Source: a virus (Duplodnaviria; Caudoviricetes). Taken from it: a stretch of DNA of 64,000 nucleotides. Numbering within the stretch: position 1 is the first letter of the stretch; each line of letters opens with the position of its first letter. Where the stretch lies: positions 2,469 to 66,468 of IMG/VR virus record IMGVR_UViG_3300033066_001827. One strand, written 5' to 3'. Shown here in pieces: positions 20,218 through 30,090 of this stretch. The notes below the pieces were generated by a model. The model saw only the letters and a list, made by a program, of their open reading frames with translations. It did not search any database and had not been told where the DNA came from. Position numbers and translations under genes: made by a program.

Positions 20218-20547
20218 ATGGCGTCGTTGGATTACGCAACTATCAATGTGATACTTTCTGATAGTAGATTCTTAGCGGCTTTCCCGGAGTTAATGGCGAC
20301 TAAGCGCAGAGTGGCTGAAATCTCTCAGAAAGATACCGCCAGTGGTGGTTGTTGTGGTGGTGGGGCCGTAGCAACAGACCCCACAGAGGTCCTTCGGCCT
20401 ATTCTCAGTGATTTGAAGCGGACAGTGGCTACCTGGCCAAAAGCTAGGACTGACGAATTTCTTCGTCTGCTTAATCAGAAGTCATTACAGGTTACATACC
20501 GCGACTCAAACATGTCCGCGGTCAAGACAGTCGTTATTACGCGATAG
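20218..20547 (+). CDS. Hypothetical protein with a GGCCGGG motif
   Basis: AAGGAG RBS before ATG 20218; last gene of the + operon. Confidence 0.6.
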   Translation: MASLDYATINVILSDSRFLAAFPELMATKRRVAEISQKDTASGGCCGGGAVATDPTEVLRPILSDLKRTVATWPKARTDEFLRLLNQKSLQVTYRDSNMSAVKTVVITR

Positions 20548-22399
20548 GCTGGCCAGCTGCTAATTGCTGATTGACGGCCTGTGTGCCGGCAGACTGCTTT
20601 TTCTGTCGCATCAACCCCATGATGATCATGTGCATAGTCGGGTCTTTAGCCCGGATGTCCTGCAGGTACTGCAGGTACATCTGCCTGTTCGTTTGACCAA
20701 TTGGCATCAACCAGCTAGCCCAGGCGTCAGCGATCGACACCTGATCTTCAGGAGTAACGGGGGCCTGAGGGTTAGCCTGGATCGGCGGCGGCATGCCTTG
20801 CTGAGGTGGTTGGCCCTGAGCCTGTCCAGGTGCGCCTTGAGCCTGGCCTTGTTGCTGTTGGCCAGGGGCTGCTGGTGCCATGCCCTGATTGAGCATGTCC
20901 GTAATGCCTTCCCGCTCGATTTGCTTCTGACTATCCTGCTGGGCCTTGGCCTTCTGCACCATGTTGTAGTTGATACGGGTGAGTTCTTCCTTGTTATCGA
21001 GGCCGATGGAGTCGAGACCAGTTTCTTCGCTGACCAGGCCAGCCTGCATGAGGTTGAGGCGAGCCATGGTGCGGTTGATATCGTCGGTGTCGATGGGCTT
21101 GGCCAAAACAGCTTTAGCGGGTTCGATCTGAAGAATCTTGCTGGAGTTCTTCATGACGAACTGCAGTAAGCGGTTGAGATCGTCAACCAGGCTGGAGTAG
21201 GAGCTCTGGATGGTACGTAAGGCCATTGGGGCCACCTGGGTACTGAAGGTGGCCTTGTAGAAGTCGACAGGAATGCCTGCTGCGTTCAGCAGCGCGTCTG
21301 TGTTCTGGTCAATGACTTCCGTGGGAACCAGTTGCTTGATGTCGCCACCGAGCTGCTGGTAATTGAAGCTGTACGGGGACACAAAGATGCCGTGTGGGTC
21401 AGACCGTCTGGCATTCAGCATGTAAGCGATGGCGCCTACGAATTGCGGCCCCATCGACATAGTTAGCGAGGGGTCATTCAGGTTAGGGGTGCCGGGCATA
21501 CCCAGCTTGCCGGTAGGCTGCGGTGAGATCACCTTGATAGGCACGACACTTTCGTGAATCAGGCCTTCATTGTGTCGCAGGCAGTATTGCAGCTGGTAGA
21601 GCAGAGGCTTCAGGTGCAGGGCGTCAGGGATGCCCCAACCACCAGTTCTCCAGCCGGCTGGTGGCTTGTCGAACAGGTGCAACATCTTGCCATTGGTGAA
21701 CTTGAGCCAGGTGCCGGTCTTAACGCACTCAATCTCAACCCAAGGGGTTACGCGCAGGTAATCTTCGTCACCTCGGTTGATTTGCTGTTTGACGACTTCG
21801 CTGGGCTTCCAGAAGTAGATGCGATCGTCGGTGGTCTCGATGTGCTTGATTTCGATTTCATGTGGCGACCAGCGACGTACCTTGAGTCGCTGCTGGTCGT
21901 GATTGTAGATCTCGTATCTCTTCCATTCTCCACGCCGGCTGCAACCTGTGCACTTGGCGAAGAACTTGAAATCGTCGAACTTGAAATCGACTTTATCGAT
22001 AGGGGCCTGCCGAGCCTTGCAGGCGTTACACATCAGGTAGCGAGTGAAGGGGGCCTGCATCGTGCAGAATGAGTTGCCGGTCGACATGCGATCGAAGGCA
22101 GCAGCCTGCAGAACAGAAATGATACCAATCTGGTTGTCGAGGAAGTCTCCGTACTTGTCTTTCTCTTCGTCAGAGCAGTCGGAGACGTTGACCTTAGTGA
22201 CCAGGAATGCGATTACCCGTTTGTAAGCGCGAGTCAGGATAGGATTGTGACGGAGGAGTCGCTCAGCCATCCGGAGCAAGTGGACGATGCTCATCGGATC
22301 AGTAACGCTGCTCATTGTCCCCCAGGGATCGGGGTACAATGAGCCAGCACTACGTTGAATGCCGCCAGCAGAAAGGAAACTGTTTCGGGTAGCCGCCAT
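20537..22399 (-). CDS. Putative portal protein
   Basis: 620 aa; helical N-terminus, GNSF motif, WSPHEI strand, WGIP motif, Gln/Pro-rich C-terminus; near the terminase. Confidence 0.65.
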   Translation of the reverse strand: MAATRNSFLSAGGIQRSAGSLYPDPWGTMSSVTDPMSIVHLLRMAERLLRHNPILTRAYKRVIAFLVTKVNVSDCSDEEKDKYGDFLDNQIGIISVLQAAAFDRMSTGNSFCTMQAPFTRYLMCNACKARQAPIDKVDFKFDDFKFFAKCTGCSRRGEWKRYEIYNHDQQRLKVRRWSPHEIEIKHIETTDDRIYFWKPSEVVKQQINRGDEDYLRVTPWVEIECVKTGTWLKFTNGKMLHLFDKPPAGWRTGGWGIPDALHLKPLLYQLQYCLRHNEGLIHESVVPIKVISPQPTGKLGMPGTPNLNDPSLTMSMGPQFVGAIAYMLNARRSDPHGIFVSPYSFNYQQLGGDIKQLVPTEVIDQNTDALLNAAGIPVDFYKATFSTQVAPMALRTIQSSYSSLVDDLNRLLQFVMKNSSKILQIEPAKAVLAKPIDTDDINRTMARLNLMQAGLVSEETGLDSIGLDNKEELTRINYNMVQKAKAQQDSQKQIEREGITDMLNQGMAPAAPGQQQQGQAQGAPGQAQGQPPQQGMPPPIQANPQAPVTPEDQVSIADAWASWLMPIGQTNRQMYLQYLQDIRAKDPTMHMIIMGLMRQKKQSAGTQAVNQQLAAGQPIA

Positions 22400-22462
22400 A
22401 TCTTGTTACCGCGGTTAGAATGTCCGGCTAGTCTACCTTAATGCTGGGATTTACCGCAAGAC

Positions 22463-23635
22463 TTAGCCAGGGGTTAACTCGGCGTCCAGGTCCTGCGACA
22501 GCATGGTTTCCACGTCAACTGGCACGGCTACGGGAGCGGTAGGGAAGGGTTCAGCCATACCGTCGTAGTTGCTCTCTGCTGCAGCGTTAGCCTGGATTAC
22601 AGGCTCTGAAGCTTCAGGGGCTACCGGAGTGTTCGGATGCAGCAACAATAGGTAGTGAACTGCGTGGCCTACCTTGTAGTTGGCTAGCACGCTGTGGATA
22701 AACCTGGTCGTTCCATCGGCAAAGCTAATACCAATTGCGGCCCCGGCAGCTGGCGTCTTGGGGGCGAAAGTGTCAGCACCCGGCGCAAGGCCGTTTCGGA
22801 TCAGCACAAGCAGGTCGATTGCGGTCTCGCCTTGTGGGGTGGCTAGGCTGCCCTCCAACATCATAAGCTTGTGCCATTTGGTCGTAATTTCGATACCGGC
22901 CAGGTGGAAGACAAGAAGTTCCTTAGGCTCTGGTAGCTGCGCCGGCGTAACCATGGCTGGCTGTCCTTGCAAGGGTTGGCCGTGCGGGCCTGTCCGTGGG
23001 ACGTGCACAGTATTTTTCATCGCTACAGAATGCCCGCCTGGGAAAGTACCTGGCATAGCAGTAGTTTGGGCAGGGAAGCCGGGCATAACGGTAGGAGGGG
23101 TAGTAGCAGGGAAGGATGGGTGGTGCATGGCGGAGCCTTTCTTGGCTGTGGAAGGGTTCTTCTTGTTAAGTTGGTAACGAGCTGGCGGCAGTACGACCTT
23201 GCGCCGAAAAGGATCTGCACCGCCACTGACCCACACATTCATGGTGTCGATCACAGAGCCGTCGGGTTTCTGCACCGCCAGGCTCTCTTGAAGGGCTATA
23301 CGGATAGCCTTTCCTGCGTCATTGCCATACTGAGGCATTAATTCGAGTGCACGTTTGTTGACCCGTTCAGCTATTTCCGGTGGCAAGTTGGTGGTGTCGC
23401 AGGAGACAAAAGGTTTGTGGTGTTTGTCCTGCAGAATTACCAGAGGCTTGTTGGGGTCGAATCCGGCAGAACCGCCGTGAGCTAGCGAGCCGACTGCAGA
23501 AGGTATTTTGACGACAGGATAGTTGAAGCCGTCTTGTCCCGCTCCCTGTTGTGCTTCGTCATCAGACAGTTCGTAGCGATCGCGAACATTTGGGTTTGAC
23601 ACGGTCTCGTCAAACACTCCAGACCGTTCGGTCAT
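22463..23635 (-). CDS. Hypothetical protein with a central Pro/Met/Thr-rich linker
   Basis: ORF 22463-23725; GGAG RBS supports a start at 23635 (MTERSG). Confidence 0.6.
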   Translation of the reverse strand: MTERSGVFDETVSNPNVRDRYELSDDEAQQGAGQDGFNYPVVKIPSAVGSLAHGGSAGFDPNKPLVILQDKHHKPFVSCDTTNLPPEIAERVNKRALELMPQYGNDAGKAIRIALQESLAVQKPDGSVIDTMNVWVSGGADPFRRKVVLPPARYQLNKKNPSTAKKGSAMHHPSFPATTPPTVMPGFPAQTTAMPGTFPGGHSVAMKNTVHVPRTGPHGQPLQGQPAMVTPAQLPEPKELLVFHLAGIEITTKWHKLMMLEGSLATPQGETAIDLLVLIRNGLAPGADTFAPKTPAAGAAIGISFADGTTRFIHSVLANYKVGHAVHYLLLLHPNTPVAPEASEPVIQANAAAESNYDGMAEPFPTAPVAVPVDVETMLSQDLDAELTPG

Positions 23636-23781
23636 GTTTCCTCCAACGCCTAGAGAGTCTTTTGCTTCAGTAGTAGTATAAAGAGGATTGCGCAAGTTGC
23701 AACAAACTGGTGTAGCTAAATTCAAGGCAGATTTGCGTCATAATCTTCCTGAGATGACTTTAGCTATCGGAGAACCCGCCT

Positions 23782-24069
23782 ATGGTAGTCAGTAGTATTA
23801 TCCAAGACGTCGGTGGCGTGCACGTGTACATGGACGCAGTCGACGAGACAGATGTGGCCTTAATGGCTCACAGCGGTAAAGTTGAAGCTATGCGAGCGGC
23901 CCAACAGGCTGGGCATCAAGTGAACGCTCCCACCAACATCCGCGGCCCCTTCCATGTGGACAAGACCGACAATCGAATCCTCGGCTCCCAAGAGGAAATA
24001 ACGGCTTGTAAGGAAGCGGGCAATCTTGTCTACCGTATGTCCTACTCCTTCACTTTTGCTGGAGCCTAG
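23782..24069 (+). CDS. Hypothetical protein
   Basis: 95 aa; GGAG RBS; divergent from the upstream - gene. Confidence 0.6.
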   Translation: MVVSSIIQDVGGVHVYMDAVDETDVALMAHSGKVEAMRAAQQAGHQVNAPTNIRGPFHVDKTDNRILGSQEEITACKEAGNLVYRMSYSFTFAGA

Positions 24070-24071
24070 TT

Positions 24072-24557
24072 ATGCCTAAGGGCGTCCCACCTATTCAGTA
24101 TTCGAGTTTTTCAGCTTCCTTGTCGGCCTTCCTGCGTAACCACTTCAAGTCGGTTATGGACGAGGCAGCCAAGAATACTCATCCTGACGCAGCCCCGTTG
24201 GTGGACGCCACTTTGTCCCTGCTCTCCCGAGTAGGGGTCAACCAGGATATCGACCGAGACGCTATCCTGGGGTTTTTCACCGCCCAGGCCAAACCCTTGC
24301 TGGAAGCGGCTAACCAGATCTGTGAAGCGCACGCGACAAATGGTAAGATGCTGAAGGCTCAGGTGCTGGTGATCGATGTGAGATTTATCACATTGGCCCC
24401 ACCAGCAGCTACCTTTTACGACATTCTTACCAACACGGAGACGGCTATCGGCCCCTCTTTCATGCCGATGGAAACCGTCGCCTATTCGCTCGGTGCTGTC
24501 TATGCTGCCATCATCAAGGAACGTAAAGACCGAGCTAGCCGCCCTGTTGTCCGATGA
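24072..24557 (+). CDS. Hypothetical protein
   Basis: 161-aa ORF, tightly packed. Confidence 0.55.
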   Translation: MPKGVPPIQYSSFSASLSAFLRNHFKSVMDEAAKNTHPDAAPLVDATLSLLSRVGVNQDIDRDAILGFFTAQAKPLLEAANQICEAHATNGKMLKAQVLVIDVRFITLAPPAATFYDILTNTETAIGPSFMPMETVAYSLGAVYAAIIKERKDRASRPVVR

Positions 24558-25224
24558 GGGCACGTTTGCCACAACGTTGTTCATCATCGTGCTACAGCAC
24601 TATGGTCCGGAGTTCTTAACCTGGACTCCGGAAACCATCTTGAAGGAAGTAGAAGACGACTTCGGCGTCAATCTCCCGCAAAGCTGTTTTGATCGGCTCA
24701 TGGCTGCGGTCGTGATCGCCACGACTGATGTGTTCCAGAATGATCTGCCGACGTTTATCCACTTGTGCAACGTTTTGTCCGGGTCGCCTGTTGCGGAAGA
24801 GTTTGACCCAGCGACAGTACTTGAGATGTGTTGGGCAATCACAGAAGCCCACCTGATGGAGCTGGACGGCACTCCCAATCAGTTCTCAGATGAGATCCTC
24901 TACTACATCTACGAGATGTGCAAAAGCGAAGGCTTAGTCTCGCCTCCTCCGCCACTCGGGGAGTTATTGGGTAATGTGCTGATCGCCCCTACGACTGATT
25001 TCAGCGACGCACCGGAACTGCACCAGGCTGTCTGGTACAACCAACAGTCGTCAATCATTGCAATTCAATCCACCGTGCAGAGCAACATGTGGAAGCTGTA
25101 TCAACAGTTGATGAAACTCGACTTCATGCCTGATAACAAAGCAAAACTGGCCGCACTGCAGAAGCAAGTAGCGGCCAGGTTACAGGAACTTCGTCAACAA
25201 GAGGCTGACCTACTCGCCAGCTAA
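24493..25224 (+). CDS. Hypothetical acidic helical protein
   Basis: 243 aa; start uncertain (overlap). Confidence 0.6.
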   Translation: MLSMLPSSRNVKTELAALLSDEGTFATTLFIIVLQHYGPEFLTWTPETILKEVEDDFGVNLPQSCFDRLMAAVVIATTDVFQNDLPTFIHLCNVLSGSPVAEEFDPATVLEMCWAITEAHLMELDGTPNQFSDEILYYIYEMCKSEGLVSPPPPLGELLGNVLIAPTTDFSDAPELHQAVWYNQQSSIIAIQSTVQSNMWKLYQQLMKLDFMPDNKAKLAALQKQVAARLQELRQQEADLLAS

Positions 25225-26361
25225 CACTTTCCAGTCTTGTTCAGATATCAGCTCTTCGCCGCCCACCCTCACTGCAGGCTGAACCCCTGCTCGTTTGAGG
25301 AGATGGGCCACTTTCTTGGACTGAAGCCTGTTGAAGCTGTCGGCGGCTTCTGCCACCTTGGCCGGGTCAAGGAACAACCCCAGAGAGTCTGACAGCTTAA
25401 CACCTGCTGATTTCTCGATCTCACCGAGCACTGACACAGGCAGCTTGGCGATATCGCTTGACCGGTAGACTTCACCAGTGCCGGCTAGCACAACTTTGGT
25501 GTCCGCTGCCCATTTGCAGACAAAGCCTCGAGGGTAGCGATTGATGGGTCTGCACCCTGCAGTCTTGCCTACTTCAGAGTTGTCGAACTTCTCGAACACC
25601 GACACCACCGAAGCAGACAAGTCTTCCGGAAGTAGCCCCTCGAAATCCCTCATGTCCTGGGCCAGCTTGGCAAACCCGGCTGATTCAGTGTCGAGTTTGT
25701 ACAGCCGGGCCACGTTGGAACGGTCTGTTGCAGCCTTGACCACGTCATCTGCGATCAATGTGAATCGCCCAGCATCCAGCTCCAAGTCGTACTTGTCCTT
25801 GTCGGGCAAGTTCAAGTTGAGCGAGGCAAACCGATCAATCAAGTTGGCAGAGGCCTGCTTGAGGGAGTCAGCGTCGAAGGAAGCGCGGTGCTCGGCCAGG
25901 TAGACTTTAGCTACTTTGGCTTCAGCCTCGTTGCGAACTGGTAAAAGCCTTCTTCCGTGCTTTTCCACCAGGTAAGCTTCCGCTGGTATCTCTTCCACAG
26001 GACTCTGTCGTTCCGGCCATTCCAGTTGGAACACGCCCATGGCGTCACGAATACGCGCTTTGGCTTGCTTGACCTCAAATTCACTGTAACCATCCTGGCA
26101 GTTGTCGAGGTACATCGCACTGAGCCACACAGCCGCTTTGGTGTGGAGTGGCAGTGCCTGCTTGCTGGGAAGGGCATAAGAATGACTGCTGACCCGTTCA
26201 GGAGCGCCGAGCTCATCCGGGCTGGCATGCCGAACAAAGTCAGGCACGGAGTAGTCGCTAGCCAGCTTGGCGAAGGTCGCCATCATAGGGTCGTTAAGGT
26301 GGTCGATCGCTTTCATACCCGTCTCCGCAAGGGACGCCTGTTCGAGGAAAATCAATGTCAC
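25210..26361 (-). CDS. Hypothetical head-region protein rich in K-x-A motifs
   Basis: 383 aa; two similar units (YALPSKQALPLHTKAAV / YLVEKHGRRLLPVRNEAEA); lies between the terminase and portal. Confidence 0.6.
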   Translation of the reverse strand: MTLIFLEQASLAETGMKAIDHLNDPMMATFAKLASDYSVPDFVRHASPDELGAPERVSSHSYALPSKQALPLHTKAAVWLSAMYLDNCQDGYSEFEVKQAKARIRDAMGVFQLEWPERQSPVEEIPAEAYLVEKHGRRLLPVRNEAEAKVAKVYLAEHRASFDADSLKQASANLIDRFASLNLNLPDKDKYDLELDAGRFTLIADDVVKAATDRSNVARLYKLDTESAGFAKLAQDMRDFEGLLPEDLSASVVSVFEKFDNSEVGKTAGCRPINRYPRGFVCKWAADTKVVLAGTGEVYRSSDIAKLPVSVLGEIEKSAGVKLSDSLGLFLDPAKVAEAADSFNRLQSKKVAHLLKRAGVQPAVRVGGEELISEQDWKVLAGE

Positions 26362-27719
26362 TGTCCCCAGAGCTTACCGAATACGGGCTGACAATAGAAG
26401 ATCAGCACCTCAAATCTACCGCCTGTGGCTGTGGTAGGGCGATGAAGGCAGTCCCCGGGAAAGACTGGCTTTTCTGCCGTTTTTGCCGCAAAGGCTGCTC
26501 CCGTGTCGTGGTTGCCTCCCCTGAATGGGCCAGCAGACAACCTATTGCCATCCAGGGAAAGCTGCAGATTTACTATCAAACTACAGTGCAGCAAACCATC
26601 TACGCAGAAGCTGCCTGGGGCAAGTTGATAACAGGGGCCGACGCGGATAAATTTCTCCCTCACCTGTCCTTGTTAAAAGACCATGTTCGAGTCGCTACTG
26701 ATCTAGGCATGCTCAGACTGCTCAACCAACGCGCTATCGGCGAGACCTGCAGCTTTGATCCGCCTGTCTTCGTTTTCAGGCTGGAAGACACCCTTGGCCG
26801 AATAACCGGGTTTGCCATGCTCTCTGATGCCAAACCCGGGGCCGAGATTCAAGTGCTCAGCTACGCTCGGCAGGGGCCTCAGGTGGCTTTCCTGCATGAC
26901 ACCCCTGAGCCACTGGTTAACCTGACGGACCTGGGCCTACTGCTTCGACTGCAGTGTCGCAACCTGGCCATGGCGTCTGTCATGGCACCTTTGGCCTTTG
27001 CCAACATGAAAAGCCAGGACTGGTGCCCTGTCGTTGAAGGTGGTTACATCGTGCAAGACGACCGCCTGGACGACAAGCTGCTCAGGTTGTTGGCCACCAG
27101 CAACTGCCTTTTAAGGTTGCGAGAGCTGTCTTCCCGCAAAGAGACCAAGCTGCTGCCTACCACCAGCAAGCAGTGGTACAACCTGGTGTGCAAGGAAGCA
27201 GCAGACTGGCCGGTAACTGCTGCCAACTACTTCACAAGCGTCAGCCCAGACATCGCGGCTGTGATGATTCATTCGGCAGGGCTTTCTGAGCTGACTATCG
27301 CTCGACTGCTCAGCAAGTGCCGACCAGACACAGCTAACAGGTTGAAAGTGGCGATCAAACGACAACCCGCCACGTATCGGTTCTCCAGCGACATCACTGT
27401 CTTTGACGATGGGGTGAAGTGGACGAATCACCTGGGCGAGACTGTGTGCTCGGGCAGCCTGCGGGTGGATACCGTCACCGAGGAAAACGGCAAGCCCATC
27501 TACCACTGTACGCTCATGACAGAGCAAGGCCCCTTTACCTTCACCTGCGGCAAGGAATTGGAGCGAGATGGCCTGACCGTAGCCATGCGTAAATGCCTTC
27601 TGCAAGGATTGTCGCTGACTTACCTGCAAAGCTACAGCCGTCACGCTCTGCAGATAGCCATTGGCCTTCGTCCCATCCGCAAGCTCTCAGTCGCGGATAG
27701 TGCCCTGAATCTCGCGTAG
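26355..27719 (+). CDS. Zn-finger protein with weak primase-like features
   Basis: N-terminal CxC...CxxC; FVFRLEDTLGRITGF resembles the DnaG core; no clear TOPRIM acidic motifs. Confidence 0.5.
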   Translation: MSLSPELTEYGLTIEDQHLKSTACGCGRAMKAVPGKDWLFCRFCRKGCSRVVVASPEWASRQPIAIQGKLQIYYQTTVQQTIYAEAAWGKLITGADADKFLPHLSLLKDHVRVATDLGMLRLLNQRAIGETCSFDPPVFVFRLEDTLGRITGFAMLSDAKPGAEIQVLSYARQGPQVAFLHDTPEPLVNLTDLGLLLRLQCRNLAMASVMAPLAFANMKSQDWCPVVEGGYIVQDDRLDDKLLRLLATSNCLLRLRELSSRKETKLLPTTSKQWYNLVCKEAADWPVTAANYFTSVSPDIAAVMIHSAGLSELTIARLLSKCRPDTANRLKVAIKRQPATYRFSSDITVFDDGVKWTNHLGETVCSGSLRVDTVTEENGKPIYHCTLMTEQGPFTFTCGKELERDGLTVAMRKCLLQGLSLTYLQSYSRHALQIAIGLRPIRKLSVADSALNLA

Positions 27720-29537
27720 CACTTCTTCGTACTGCTGGGCGTCCAGAGCCAGGTTGGTATCGGAGTCGAACACGTCCAGGTCAAACTGCGGCCAGGCCTG
27801 CAGCATGTGCCAGATGCCTGTGGCGCCCATCGTAACAGCCATGGCAAAATCGTCGCTCTTCTTGGGGTCTCGCCGAATGGTGTAAGTCTCGCCGGCCCGC
27901 ATGGTCTGGATCTTGTATTCCACCAATGCCCTGAAATCAGCAATGATTCCGGGGTTTTCCAGATCAACGAAATCATTCTTGAAGAACAACAGTTTTCGAG
28001 ATTTGATAGCGGCACAGGCCAGCTGGATCACACGAGGCTTATCCACCTGCCAGATAACTCGTGCTAGATTCTGATTGCCGTGAAGAACCTTCACAGCTGG
28101 ACCTTTCGTTGCGAGCACAAATCGCACAGGCCAGAGCTTATTTGGGTCCAGACCCAGGTTGATCAGGATCTGCTCGCGTTGAGCACCGGCGCCCGTGTAG
28201 TCATGGATGAACTTGTCGCACTGGAACTCCTTGTACAGGTCTAGGAGGAACCTAGCCTCACTAAAGTTGTCCTGGCTGATAATCAACTTACCGCCATAGA
28301 TAGTCTCGATCGTGCCGGTATCGACGCGATAGCCCATGACTGCGAAAGCTGTCATGGAGAAGACTTCTTCTTTAGTGAAGCTTCCGCCACCACTCCAATC
28401 CACAGACAGCACGATCATCTCGTACTGGTCAATGGAATTGAGGGCAGATTCCTTGTTCTTGCCATCCCAGGGGATGACGGAGGCATTGGCCAAATCTTCC
28501 TGGGTCACCAGGCTATTGCTGCGATCGAAGGCTAACCCCAAGACTTCGTTCTTGAACCTGGCTTCTGTGAAACCCTGCTGGCCTTCAAACTTCCGCAACA
28601 GGCTCTTCCACTTCTTGGGAATCGCGTAGTGCATCGGCATGATGATCTGCGGGATGTGGTAACCTGGGCGCATGAACCGCCTGGTGGGGAAGGCATGTTC
28701 CCACCAGCCGTGATGCGGAATGATGAACTTGCGGCAGCGAGCACAGACAACACCAGGGCAGGCTTCAGAAATGAAATCGTGGTAACCGCCCAACATGGCA
28801 ATGAGATGATCTTCGTCACAACGGTTGATGTAGCCACAACCTCCGTGGTGGCACGGTATCATCCAGCGAGCCTGACTCGACAAATCCCAGGCGTGCTGCA
28901 GCGCCGTGTTCATTGTCTTGTGCGTGCCTGTGTAGGCCACGGACTCCCAAGCCTCGGACGCGGACATGGTTTCATTAACAACGGAAATCAGAGAAGGATC
29001 GATGTCCTGGGCTTCGTCATAGTTGATAACATCGATCGACTTACCACGAATACGATCGGCACTGGTGCCGGCGTACGAGAAGTACAGATTTGAGCCATTA
29101 GCAAAAGATCGCTGCAGGACGTTCCTGAGCGATCGCGGATTGAGCCACCTGGCCTGGAAAGGAGATTCATCTATGAAACGAGCCACGACGTTGGAGCTGA
29201 TGTTGCGAATCTGCTCAAACAGTGGCGTTACCGTCAAGAAATCTAAATTTGGTGTGCTGGTCGCGATAGCGATCTGACGCGCTGAAATCACCGTTGTTTT
29301 GGATACTTGTCGCCCGCTGGCAATCACCAGCATTTCGGGCAACGGAGTCATGAACATAGGCTCCATTGCGAAATGCCGCGATAAGTTGTAAGGTTTCCCG
29401 TTCAGCCGGAACAGGTGTGGAAGATGATGGCAATAGGTCTTAGGTGCATAGGCATCCACTATAGCCGGATGATAGACTGTTCCGCGACTGTCAGAAGGGA
29501 TCTCTTGGAAGGAAGTCGTTACCATGCTTGACACCAT
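27687..29537 (-). CDS. terL: Terminase large subunit (GpA-like)
   Basis: Walker A SGRQVSKTT, DRIRGKSID, Walker B INYDEAQD, coupling TGT, Cys-rich insert, nuclease LSVDWSGGG and C-terminal DDFAMA. Confidence 0.9.
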   Translation of the reverse strand: MVSSMVTTSFQEIPSDSRGTVYHPAIVDAYAPKTYCHHLPHLFRLNGKPYNLSRHFAMEPMFMTPLPEMLVIASGRQVSKTTVISARQIAIATSTPNLDFLTVTPLFEQIRNISSNVVARFIDESPFQARWLNPRSLRNVLQRSFANGSNLYFSYAGTSADRIRGKSIDVINYDEAQDIDPSLISVVNETMSASEAWESVAYTGTHKTMNTALQHAWDLSSQARWMIPCHHGGCGYINRCDEDHLIAMLGGYHDFISEACPGVVCARCRKFIIPHHGWWEHAFPTRRFMRPGYHIPQIIMPMHYAIPKKWKSLLRKFEGQQGFTEARFKNEVLGLAFDRSNSLVTQEDLANASVIPWDGKNKESALNSIDQYEMIVLSVDWSGGGSFTKEEVFSMTAFAVMGYRVDTGTIETIYGGKLIISQDNFSEARFLLDLYKEFQCDKFIHDYTGAGAQREQILINLGLDPNKLWPVRFVLATKGPAVKVLHGNQNLARVIWQVDKPRVIQLACAAIKSRKLLFFKNDFVDLENPGIIADFRALVEYKIQTMRAGETYTIRRDPKKSDDFAMAVTMGATGIWHMLQAWPQFDLDVFDSDTNLALDAQQYEEVLREIQGTIRD

Positions 29538-29745
29538 GCTGATGGGTATCGTCGGACGCGCTATTGATGGCTACGAAAAGTGGGCCAACAAGCCAACGAC
29601 GAAAGCTAGTTTACCGGTTCAGACGAACATCAAAAAGAATACCAATCGCAGCAAGGCTAGATCGCTGCAACAAAGTCCGTTAGTGCCTTCGGTTCACTAC
29701 CACCAACACGTTGCGAACCATATACACTACCACCAGCACAGATAA
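29524..29745 (+). CDS. Possible small protein with a His-rich C-terminus
   Basis: 73 aa ending VHYHQHVANHIHYHQHR; overlaps the terL start head-to-head. Confidence 0.3.
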   Translation: MLDTMLMGIVGRAIDGYEKWANKPTTKASLPVQTNIKKNTNRSKARSLQQSPLVPSVHYHQHVANHIHYHQHR

Positions 29746-29766
29746 CTGTTAAGTTTCTGCTCAAGG

Positions 29767-30090
29767 ATGCTGGTCATGGAGCAAGTGTACTGGGTGGTGT
29801 TTCTCAGCTGGCTAATCTCCACAGCCTGCCTGGGCCTCATCTACTTCTGGAAGTTTGCTCAACCGTTCTCAGGCCTTCGCGGCTACCTCGAAGAGCTGCG
29901 AAGTCCCTGGAACTTGCTTGTCTGCGGGGAATGTCTTGGTACTTTTCTGTGCAGCAGCCTATGGTTGTTTGTGGTTGCGAGTGATATGGTACAACTAACT
30001 TTATTCAAATTGCTGGGTTGGTTAAGTTCGTTAGGTATTTATTATCTGGGCTGGAACCTCGCCAGCTCGATGCGGAGGCCCCTGAGTTGA
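29767..30090 (+). CDS. Small membrane protein, DUF1360-like
   Basis: Hydrophobic helices plus LR...LLVCGECLGTF (CxxC) pattern. Confidence 0.55.
   Translation: MLVMEQVYWVVFLSWLISTACLGLIYFWKFAQPFSGLRGYLEELRSPWNLLVCGECLGTFLCSSLWLFVVASDMVQLTLFKLLGWLSSLGIYYLGWNLASSMRRPLS

Noticed and set aside
1-20547. Bacterial eCIS/tailocin/T6SS locus
   Set aside because: The same contig carries terminase, a portal-like gene and a complete phage replication set, so a phage is the simpler explanation
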